Virus record (IMG/VR): IMGVR_UViG_3300032247_000762
Coordinates: 1 to 30,678 of that record
Strand: one strand, 5' to 3'
Length of the DNA stretch: 30,678 bases
DNA from: a virus
Lineage: Duplodnaviria; Caudoviricetes
Shown here in pieces: positions 8,656 to 17,040 of the stretch (positions are counted from its first letter, which is position 1; the number at the start of each line of letters is the position of its first letter). The position numbers and the translations under genes are program-made. The notes below the pieces were generated by a model. It searched no databases. It was not told the DNA's origin and saw only the letters and a program-made list of their open reading frames with translations.

Positions 8656-10209
8656 TTAGTCTGGTTTAGATTGTTTTTCTTCTTTGTCCATCTTGAAGGG
8701 CGAGATACCAATCTCCTCCAACTCCTCGATAGCTTTGTTCACGGTGTCAATAGGACCCATGTTAAATTTAATGTTGTACCCCTTGATGGATTCTCCCGCT
8801 TCCCTAGCGTGCTCTACAGCTTCCTCTAGTGTATCACCCCAACCTACAACAGCCCCTATCTCTATCATATCCTCATGCTGGGTTACTACAAAGCGTTTAC
8901 CATCAATGACTACGCAATTATATAGCTTTATCTGATTAGCATACTTCTCTGGGTAATCTACAGCTTGCCAGTTGTCTTTAGCCCATTGGGACTTAATTAA
9001 CACCTCTACGCCCCATTTGCCCGCAGGCTTAGGCTCTACAAGAATACCCTCAGATCCGTACCAGACTATCTCAGAAAGGTTAGTGAACAGCTCTTGCCAT
9101 AGTTCTGATGGCGGGGAAGGAGCCCTAATTGTGGCATCCACCATGTAAGGCTTTAAGTCTTTACCGATCCTAACCTCATTAGACACAGAAGCTCTACAGC
9201 CATACTGGGCAAACAAAGGGGCAAACATCTCGTTCCAACGGCGCAAGGGTTCTGGGATGTCGTCCCATTGCACCATCTGGCCTACGTATCCCATGTCCTT
9301 AGCCTCTATGCCAAACAAGGTGTTGGTAGGATACATGCCGTCTATGCAATAGGTGTCTATACCCACCTCAACGCGGTCTGGTAAATCGTCCTCACAAATG
9401 AATTCAAGCTGCTCTTTAAAGCCTCCTATGTCGTTAGCTATAGCATGTACCTTAGGTTCTACCACGTCCCATTCATGGCTGTAAAAGGTTTCTGTTACGC
9501 CACGCCATTTATCTATCTTAACATGCTGCTTTGGATTCGCACGTAGGTGGTTTTCTAAGGCCGTTACGCCCTTTACTACCTTCCATGGCTGTACAGGTAG
9601 CCCCATCTCCTCCATCTTCTCTTTACAGAGCTCTCTGTATTGTTCTAGTTCCTCGGCATTCCTTGGCCCCCAGACACGCTTGCCTAGCTTTTCTAGATGT
9701 ATCTGTAAGGCTGCTGTACCTAAGTCTGGGAATATGAAGATGTCTACCTCGTCGAAGTGCGGGCCAAAGACGTCATCCACCAACTCTACGTTCTTAAGCC
9801 CTGTGCCTATTAAGCCAGAGTTCATCGTAGGAAAGGATCCAGCGTAAGGGATGTGTAGATAGACCTTCTTAAAATCCCGACCAAATCTTTCGGCTAAGGA
9901 ACAAAACAAAGGGTTACAGCAGACCAAAGCTATCTTCTCGTTTATGTTGTTATTCTCAGCCCCTGTACCTTTGTCATCTGGATAGTCGTCCATCATGGTC
10001 ATACGGCTGTGTAAGTCCTCACGACCCTCGTCATCCATGAGCTGGCCTGATTCGCGGGCAACACGCATTCCTTCATAGCGGTCTACAAAGGATCCGTCAT
10101 TAAGTAAGAACCCACGTTCACCTATTACCCCCGTATCATCGTGCATACGTGCGGTATGGAGAACACCCTTTGAGTCTTTAACTGCGGCAGCTTTAATCCT
10201 CATCGTCAT
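8656..10209 (-). CDS. ATP-grasp ligase, PurD/GAR-synthetase-like fold, with an N-terminal ~70-aa phage domain
   Basis: DIFIFPDLG...LEKLGKRVWGPRNAEELEQYRELCKEKMEEMGLPV...KQHVKIDK aligns by eye with PurD (G.KIFGP...AQLE.SK.F.K...IP...VIK). It also has EVGID, a YMVDATIR metal-binding region and a C-terminal GAVVGWGDTLEEA. PurD motifs GLAAGKGV and NTGGMG are missing. Confidence 0.75.
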   Translation of the reverse strand: MTMRIKAAAVKDSKGVLHTARMHDDTGVIGERGFLLNDGSFVDRYEGMRVARESGQLMDDEGREDLHSRMTMMDDYPDDKGTGAENNNINEKIALVCCNPLFCSLAERFGRDFKKVYLHIPYAGSFPTMNSGLIGTGLKNVELVDDVFGPHFDEVDIFIFPDLGTAALQIHLEKLGKRVWGPRNAEELEQYRELCKEKMEEMGLPVQPWKVVKGVTALENHLRANPKQHVKIDKWRGVTETFYSHEWDVVEPKVHAIANDIGGFKEQLEFICEDDLPDRVEVGIDTYCIDGMYPTNTLFGIEAKDMGYVGQMVQWDDIPEPLRRWNEMFAPLFAQYGCRASVSNEVRIGKDLKPYMVDATIRAPSPPSELWQELFTNLSEIVWYGSEGILVEPKPAGKWGVEVLIKSQWAKDNWQAVDYPEKYANQIKLYNCVVIDGKRFVVTQHEDMIEIGAVVGWGDTLEEAVEHAREAGESIKGYNIKFNMGPIDTVNKAIEELEEIGISPFKMDKEEKQSKPD

Positions 10210-10321
10210 AGTCTGTGTCTCCTGAGCTGTCGTCGTCTATGTTGGGAAGCAGACAACCAGAACGTCCTATCTCAGCAGGGTCCATGTTGTATTCTACTTC
10301 GTCTGGAAAAGGGGAGCTCAT
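10193..10321 (-). CDS. 42-aa acidic peptide; not in ORF track
   Basis: MSSPFPDEVEYNMDPAEIGRSGCLLPNIDDDSSGDTDYDDED*. The ATG overlaps the stop of the 1414-aa gene (ATGA), and the ORF fills the whole gap and overlaps the ATP-grasp start by 17 nt. Confidence 0.6.
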   Translation of the reverse strand: MSSPFPDEVEYNMDPAEIGRSGCLLPNIDDDSSGDTDYDDED

Positions 10322-13300
10322 TTTGCTTTATAGTCTAAGTAACTAGTATCAACATTACGAGTAGACAATGCTTTGCTTCTTAAATAGGAAGCTGCAGTGC
10401 CTGCACCTGGAATACCAGCAGCTTGTCCAACACCACCAATAAACTGAGCTAAGTTAGCTTTCTTTTGTTTTTCACTTAAAGGCTTACCATATTTATCTGT
10501 ACCACTTAATGTTTGGTAAATAGGTTGCCCAATGTCTTTAAGAGTCGTTTCTACAGGAATACCAAAATCTCCGTACTTTAAAGATAGATAATTACCAGCA
10601 AACGGAACTCTACGGAATGTTTCATTAAACATTTCTTGCTCAAACGATTTATCTTTATCGGATGTTTGTTCTGGAGAATTAGCTAATTGTCTTAGCATGT
10701 TTCTGTTCTTTCTAACTATAAATGTATCGCCAGCAATAACTGCCGTAAGAGCCAACGTGCCAGTCATAACTCTGCCTACATCCATATTGCGTAATCCAAG
10801 ATCAAAAATATCATGTCGCATATAAGCCCATTGACGCAGCATAGTATTTTGATATTGAAAGAAAGCCTTAGACACAGACATCTGGTTATTAAACACAGCA
10901 CCTCTAGATATAGCTTGTGGCGTGTCTTTAGTTAACGGAGATGTAACAACTTTGCGTGATGTAACTAAAGCATTATTCCAAGCATCACTCATAGTGTCTA
11001 TAGGATGTTCTTGATATAGTTTATAGTCTTTACCTTCGGCATGTAATTCTTGCATGTACTTACCAAGAACTGTTGCTCTTGCTATTGTACTATCAAGGCC
11101 ACGTTCAAGGAAGAATGAACCTTTTTGAATCTTCTCCCATGTAGTCTTTTCGTTTAAGTCAGCAATAGCTGGTTCTCCACCATAACGCTGTCCTACTTCA
11201 GAAAAGTTCTTATTAACAAAATCCCAACCAGAAGGAGTTAAAGATTCTTTAATACCTTCAATTAAGAAATCAGGTCTTACTTCTGCGGCTGCTAAAGCCA
11301 AATTAGGTAAATGTTTAAGCTGTGATACAAGCCTAAGTCCTAATACGCCAACAGAACTATTTTTAGTTATAGCATCTACCCAACCAATTCTGGTATTAGA
11401 ATAAACACCATCTTGACGAGCAATGGTATCTAGGAAGTTTAAAGTGTAGTCCCTGCCTAAATCACCATACTTATTTTTAAATAATTCAGAACGTGCTATT
11501 TCTCCACCCATCTTCAAATCTCTTTGATTAGCTAATAGGTGCGATACTTGATTAATGTGCCTATTCACATTATCAATGAAATCCATTTTGATTGCACCTC
11601 TAGCTCCTTCAACACGGGACTTGGTCATCCCTTGTTCTGTTTTAGTAGTTAAAGGTTTAAAGTCTTTTTGTAGTTCATTAAAAATTGATAAGTCATCAAA
11701 CTCAACAACACCTTTGCCTGACACTTTTACTTTAGCATCTTCAGGTTTACTTTCTATTAAACTATTATCCCTGTAACGTGGTGAATAATTATTAACTTTT
11801 TCAACAGGCAAATTGTATTCATCCCGCATTAACTTTTCAACAGCTGGAAATATATACTTATCTCCTAATTCACGAAAAGCATCAATTAACGCTATTTGTT
11901 TTGGTTTTATGTTTTGTACTATTTCATCTATTTGTGAATCTGTTAAACCACTATCTAGTAAATGTTGTCTGCCGCCTTCTTGTGAATTTTCAGCATATAC
12001 CTGCATCTGCTCACGTTCTGCTTGATTAAATTCATGGGCATCAAACACTGGTTGTAATACAGAACCAAATGACTTTCTATAATTCATTGCATTCTGATAG
12101 TTGCTATCAAATCTTCTACCAAATGTTTTGTTAAGAGATCCTTTATATCCAGCGTTACCATCAAGCATATCAAATACAACATCTCGCCCTAAAAGATTAA
12201 TGTCTAATTGAGATGCAATCTCTCCTGCTTTGCGTAATTTGTTGCCAGCATTCAATCTGAATCTATCTGCAAAACTTAGATCTTGTCCTGGTGCTACTTC
12301 TTTAACAGCAGAGTTAAATGGCGTTGATTCACCTTTCTTTAAAACATCTGTCCATTCGTTCTTCTCAAACTCGTATTGTAGCTGCCTAGATTTAAGATTG
12401 GCTTTACCAAGATTGGCTAATAATTCTACCTTGTCTTGTAATCCTTCAAGCACATTAACAGGAAGGTCTTTAGCTGGAATTTTAAATAACTGCTCTACTT
12501 GATTAAGAACATAATTAGGTACTCCGTGTTCTTCACCTTTTCCTTTGATATAATCTAAAGTTCCTTGCAAGCGATCCTTTGTCGTCTCTTGCATTTTAGA
12601 AAACGTAATGCGTTTCATTACATCTTCTATGCGTTTTTTGTACGTTACATCTATCTGCTTTGATTCAAGCGATTTGTTAATAGATTCTCTTAAGTCATCT
12701 ATAAGGATATTCTTACGGACATATTCTAAATGATTTAAGATACGAAAATTTGTTTGTATAGCCCTGCGGTAAAGACCATCTGGATCACGACCTATAGCTG
12801 GACGGCGTATGGTATCTGCAATCATTTGTGTAAACTTCCCTCGTTCTGAAACAGGTAGTTCATTAACAGTTTCTACTAAAGACTTTTTAATTGCTTCTGC
12901 ATCTGCTCGTGATTGTGCGTCCATCTCACGGTATTTCTCAGCCGTAAACACTTCAGCTTTTTTAGCAGCCAATTCTTGTCCCTTATAAAATTCACGTATG
13001 CCCAACTTCTTTTCCATCATTCCACTAATCTGGTTAAGATTATTTTGAATGACTTGTTTCACTGTTGGTCTTTGTGATTCAACAATGTCTTTATAAGCTG
13101 CTTCATTACCTGCTTCTATACCTTGTTTTAAAGCAGTTGTAGCAGCCCTTTCTTGTCCTTTGTAAAACTCGCGTAACGCAGCCTTAGTATCCATTGTGCC
13201 AGCCATCTGTCCAAGGTTGGCGTTGATACGTTGTTTGAGAGTCTTTGGGTCTTCTCCAATAGCCGACTTTGCTGTAGCACGTTTAGATTGTTCTTCTTGT

Positions 13301-14562
13301 GCCAGTTTTTCTTCTGGTGTTGAAGGTTCCGCAACAGTACGAGGTTGTTGTATTTCTGACCCTCCAACTGCTGATTCCGATGGACTTTCATTAGGAGCCA
13401 TCTGAGCTGACATTTCTTGCGTAGGTTCTACAACAGGTTGTTCAACAACAGGAGCATTAAAATCTCCAGCTTTAGCAGCTTCGCCAGTGACAATACGTTG
13501 ATTCATTTCAGCTACTATCTGACCTAACGGTTCTGCATGGTTAGCCATTGGCTTTGGCTCTACCGAAGGCGTTGGATCCATCTGATGAAAGTTGTCTGCT
13601 GTAACCTCAAAAGCCATTTGACCTTCTGGGGTAGGCGTTTGACTTGCGTAATTATTTACAGATGTTGCAGCTTCTCTTGCTGGCTTATCTTTAATTCCTT
13701 CCATTACGGAAACTGCAGCTTCTTTAGGAACAAATTCTGCGGCTACTCCAAATCCAGCCATAACACCACTAACACCTAAACCTATAGTATCAGCAGTAGC
13801 TTGCGCACCAGATACATTAGGATTCATCCATTCCTTAGCAACACCTGGAGCTGCTACAGATGTCTGTCCTATCATCTGTGCTGTAAAGAAACGCCTTAAA
13901 GCTGCATGGTATGCCTCAGGCAAAACCTTTCTAGCTGAACCAGCCACATTAACCTCAGCAAGCATAGCACCTGTTAATATGTTGCCAGGATTAAGAAGAG
14001 TCTGACCAGCCATGTTGCCTAGCATTGCAGGAAGATCTGACCAATCTGATTTAACACCTTCTGCATGTAACATCTTTGGCTTTAAAGCAGGATGAAATAG
14101 TCCATGCGTATATACATCAAATCCGTTTGATACCTTTTCCCATGCTGTAGGTGAACGTATTATGCCATAAGTTTGTTCATCGTGTGCTTGCTTTGGAGCG
14201 CGTTGAGCCTTCTGTTGCTCAGCTATCATTCCGTAAAGAGTTACATCATCTACATTTTTTAAGTTAGATCCAAAAGCATGTTTAACGTAAGCATCTTTAA
14301 CACCCTGCCAATTATTACGGATCATCTCAGGATCCATAGTTTTAAGTTCTTCGGATAAACGTCCTTGGTTGATAACTCTAGCTCTTGCTTCTTTAGGGTT
14401 AGGATCGCTATCAAGTAACTTAAGTGCTTGTGCTTGCTGTGGGTCTACACGTCCATCTAAACCATCTAATCCAGCATATAAATTATGCCAGTCTGTAGTA
14501 GCACTTGGAGTGTTGTCAGTTGGTTGTGATTCAACTGTGGCGGCTTGTTGGTTGGTAGCCAT
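10318..14562 (-). CDS. Large internal virion / DNA ejection protein (T7 gp16-like position)
   Basis: 1414 aa, helical and charged, with hydrophobic Gly/Ala segments. It is the third gene of the post-nozzle cluster, with a TAATG overlap. Confidence 0.65.
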   Translation of the reverse strand: MATNQQAATVESQPTDNTPSATTDWHNLYAGLDGLDGRVDPQQAQALKLLDSDPNPKEARARVINQGRLSEELKTMDPEMIRNNWQGVKDAYVKHAFGSNLKNVDDVTLYGMIAEQQKAQRAPKQAHDEQTYGIIRSPTAWEKVSNGFDVYTHGLFHPALKPKMLHAEGVKSDWSDLPAMLGNMAGQTLLNPGNILTGAMLAEVNVAGSARKVLPEAYHAALRRFFTAQMIGQTSVAAPGVAKEWMNPNVSGAQATADTIGLGVSGVMAGFGVAAEFVPKEAAVSVMEGIKDKPAREAATSVNNYASQTPTPEGQMAFEVTADNFHQMDPTPSVEPKPMANHAEPLGQIVAEMNQRIVTGEAAKAGDFNAPVVEQPVVEPTQEMSAQMAPNESPSESAVGGSEIQQPRTVAEPSTPEEKLAQEEQSKRATAKSAIGEDPKTLKQRINANLGQMAGTMDTKAALREFYKGQERAATTALKQGIEAGNEAAYKDIVESQRPTVKQVIQNNLNQISGMMEKKLGIREFYKGQELAAKKAEVFTAEKYREMDAQSRADAEAIKKSLVETVNELPVSERGKFTQMIADTIRRPAIGRDPDGLYRRAIQTNFRILNHLEYVRKNILIDDLRESINKSLESKQIDVTYKKRIEDVMKRITFSKMQETTKDRLQGTLDYIKGKGEEHGVPNYVLNQVEQLFKIPAKDLPVNVLEGLQDKVELLANLGKANLKSRQLQYEFEKNEWTDVLKKGESTPFNSAVKEVAPGQDLSFADRFRLNAGNKLRKAGEIASQLDINLLGRDVVFDMLDGNAGYKGSLNKTFGRRFDSNYQNAMNYRKSFGSVLQPVFDAHEFNQAEREQMQVYAENSQEGGRQHLLDSGLTDSQIDEIVQNIKPKQIALIDAFRELGDKYIFPAVEKLMRDEYNLPVEKVNNYSPRYRDNSLIESKPEDAKVKVSGKGVVEFDDLSIFNELQKDFKPLTTKTEQGMTKSRVEGARGAIKMDFIDNVNRHINQVSHLLANQRDLKMGGEIARSELFKNKYGDLGRDYTLNFLDTIARQDGVYSNTRIGWVDAITKNSSVGVLGLRLVSQLKHLPNLALAAAEVRPDFLIEGIKESLTPSGWDFVNKNFSEVGQRYGGEPAIADLNEKTTWEKIQKGSFFLERGLDSTIARATVLGKYMQELHAEGKDYKLYQEHPIDTMSDAWNNALVTSRKVVTSPLTKDTPQAISRGAVFNNQMSVSKAFFQYQNTMLRQWAYMRHDIFDLGLRNMDVGRVMTGTLALTAVIAGDTFIVRKNRNMLRQLANSPEQTSDKDKSFEQEMFNETFRRVPFAGNYLSLKYGDFGIPVETTLKDIGQPIYQTLSGTDKYGKPLSEKQKKANLAQFIGGVGQAAGIPGAGTAASYLRSKALSTRNVDTSYLDYKAK

Positions 14563-16049
14563 TACTTTTTACCCATTAAAGCATTTGCTACTTGATTCTC
14601 CAAGTCTGGACTTAAAATACTTTGGCTGTATGCTTCAGCTTCTCTGCTATCAATAGGTTCATTTTTGGCTTTCTTTCCATCAAAATACTCTCTCATTTTA
14701 TCCTGCCAATCTGCATATCTCAATGCAGCAGCAGCTTGAGCTTCTGGGCTAGAATGTTTAATCCATTGTGCATCTGCTGTAGCTGGAATGTTTTTAATTA
14801 CCTTTTCGCTAAAATAATCTAATTTGTAGAATGCTGGATCTTTAACTTCCTCTTTTTGCAAAGGAGGTCTAAATAAACCTAAAGCAAAGTTTCTTTTACC
14901 CCTAGCATATAAATCACGTTCAATAGGTTTTTCTTTAACTTCTTCATGTCTTAATGCAGCATCTCTTTTCGATCCAGCTTCTCGAAGAATAGATTTTTGT
15001 AAACTTGCAGGCAAACCAGATATTTGATCCGAGATTTCTTGGTAAGTCTGTTTAGGATTAGAATCATTTTTCCAATCGTGGTTGTAAATTTGTAAGTTAG
15101 CTAAAGATGCAGTTTCTCTGTTTGCTCTAGCTGTATCTTCTGATGTTCTCTTAGTAAGAGTAGACATTAAATTCAAAGCATTCTTTTCTCTGGTGGCAGT
15201 TATGTTTCCATTTAAGAAATCCTCATGCATTTTTTCTCTTGTAGGCCAATCTTTAGGATCTGCATTAAGAATACTATCTGTAAGCAATTCTCCGTTTCTT
15301 GCCTGATCTCCAGCAATACTTTCTTTTAGTTGATGAATAAATGCAGGACGACGTAATGTAGGTATCAAAGTAAGTTGTTCTTTATCTTTGAGTTTTTCTT
15401 GCATTGCCATTTTGTCTTGAATGCTACCTTCCATTGCAGCAGACACTTGAGATTCTTGCACTCGTACATCTAACTTATAATCCAAGTCTTTTATTTGATC
15501 TTTAGTTTTAATGCCTAAAGCAACAGCTTGTTGCCCTTGCGCTTTAATAGCTTTAATAACATCTGGGTTTAAAGATTGTGCAGCTTGATCGTAACCCAAA
15601 TTTAAAGTTCCTTCCCATTCAGCATGTTGTTTTCTATCGGCAATAACTTGTGCATCACCACGAGATCCAATAATTGCTTTATCCCAATTAGCGTTAAATT
15701 CCTGTCTAGCTTCTGGACTTAACTTATTGTTGAATTGCTCAGCTTGTGATGCTTTCCATTCATTAGCCGTTTGTTCCCAATGAGACACTATTTGATCTGG
15801 TGGTAATGTCTTAGCATCTTGGTCAAACTTTTGACGCAACGCCGTAAACGAAAGATAAGATTTATTAGCTATGTCAAACTCTACAGCCTTCTGCTTCTTT
15901 TCTTCGTACTGGCTAATGACTGCCGCTGCTGTTCCTACAGTTTCTGCTACTTGAGCATTAAGTTTTAATCCCGCTGTTGGGTCCATCTTAACACCAATAG
16001 GCTGGTCTTGCACCATCTGCGTGCCTGGAATTGTTGGTATGTTAGCCAT
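14562..16049 (-). CDS. Internal virion / ejection protein (gp15-like position)
   Basis: 495 aa, helical Q/K/E/A-rich, begins MANIP. Syntenic position. Confidence 0.6.
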   Translation of the reverse strand: MANIPTIPGTQMVQDQPIGVKMDPTAGLKLNAQVAETVGTAAAVISQYEEKKQKAVEFDIANKSYLSFTALRQKFDQDAKTLPPDQIVSHWEQTANEWKASQAEQFNNKLSPEARQEFNANWDKAIIGSRGDAQVIADRKQHAEWEGTLNLGYDQAAQSLNPDVIKAIKAQGQQAVALGIKTKDQIKDLDYKLDVRVQESQVSAAMEGSIQDKMAMQEKLKDKEQLTLIPTLRRPAFIHQLKESIAGDQARNGELLTDSILNADPKDWPTREKMHEDFLNGNITATREKNALNLMSTLTKRTSEDTARANRETASLANLQIYNHDWKNDSNPKQTYQEISDQISGLPASLQKSILREAGSKRDAALRHEEVKEKPIERDLYARGKRNFALGLFRPPLQKEEVKDPAFYKLDYFSEKVIKNIPATADAQWIKHSSPEAQAAAALRYADWQDKMREYFDGKKAKNEPIDSREAEAYSQSILSPDLENQVANALMGKK

Positions 16050-16051
16050 GA

Positions 16052-16636
16052 TTAATTATATGGTACTATTTGTCCTACTCGTTGTAAATAAGACGCGCTA
16101 CCAGTAAGCGATGACTCTGCTCCTAAATCTGCACCACCAGTGGCTGAACCCAAACTGCCAGCCCCTCCAGCAAACGCTAGAGCCATACTACCAACAGCTT
16201 TAAACATATCTGCCGCTGCTTCTAAATGGTAAGCCTTAGCTTGAGCCTTGCCCTTAGCCACTTCCATTCCAGCAGCCGTGTATAGCTGGGACTCTTTTTG
16301 TTGAGTCTCATTCCAATACTGCTGAATGTTTTGCTCTAGTCTTGCTGCGGTTGTAGCTTGTACAGCTAAAGAACTTCCGCTGTCTGATAGTACACCAGAC
16401 GCTGCATAAGCTGCACGTTGTCTTGAAAGTAGTTCTCCGCCTTCCTTACGCTGGGTTTGAATGTTAGCTTGGGCATTCATTGCTTGCTGTTGAGCGTTAG
16501 CTATATCCACCTTGGCGTTATAGTCGGCAACTTTTGCCGCATAAGTCGCACTCTTACTAGCTTCATACGCTTGTACTCCTGAGGCCGTTGCTGAGCCTAC
16601 TGCTGCTATTGCTAATGGTATTGCTGGTAAAGCCAT
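16052..16636 (-). CDS. Small internal virion / ejection protein (gp14-like)
   Basis: Hydrophobic Ala-rich N-terminus, coiled coil, QRAAYAASGV...SGS motif typical of this family, Gly-rich C-terminus. Confidence 0.7.
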   Translation of the reverse strand: MALPAIPLAIAAVGSATASGVQAYEASKSATYAAKVADYNAKVDIANAQQQAMNAQANIQTQRKEGGELLSRQRAAYAASGVLSDSGSSLAVQATTAARLEQNIQQYWNETQQKESQLYTAAGMEVAKGKAQAKAYHLEAAADMFKAVGSMALAFAGGAGSLGSATGGADLGAESSLTGSASYLQRVGQIVPYN

Positions 16637-16638
16637 GA

Positions 16639-17040
16639 CTATAAGGTTTTTGAAAGAAGTATATGAGGGCTACTTACGTTATCAGTCCACCCGTTTCTTA
16701 CCATAAAGCGATGTAATCCCGTATCCTTTGCCACAAATGACAGAATGCAGGGTATCTGCTCGTCTTTAGCGTTGGCCTCAAAGAAGCCTATAATGTGGTC
16801 TATAGCCTCTGTTGTGGTCGGACCTATAGCAACGCCAGGGTTGGTAGTTATAAAGTCTATAACGGCAATTCTACCGCCTTGGTCAATGTAGCACCAGCCA
16901 GCAGCTATTCCGCAGCCATGTTCCACTATTACGCCTAAAGATGGTAGACAGGCTAATGGTACGGGTTTTAGGCCACGTCTAGTCCACCATGAGCTAATCT
17001 CAGCGTAGTCCTTATTTAAGTCTATAAGTCTTAAGTTCAA
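16639..17040 (-). CDS. GNAT-fold-like protein (T7 gp13-like position)
   Basis: DYAEISSWW...GVIV...IAAGWCY...IDFITTNP...LHRFMVRNGW pattern. It lies between the nozzle and the ejection genes. Confidence 0.55.
   Translation of the reverse strand: MNLRLIDLNKDYAEISSWWTRRGLKPVPLACLPSLGVIVEHGCGIAAGWCYIDQGGRIAVIDFITTNPGVAIGPTTTEAIDHIIGFFEANAKDEQIPCILSFVAKDTGLHRFMVRNGWTDNVSSPHILLSKTL

Noticed and set aside
8656-10209. purD as an auxiliary purine-metabolism gene
   Set aside because: PurD motifs are missing and the gene sits in a structural operon, so no gene symbol was assigned.
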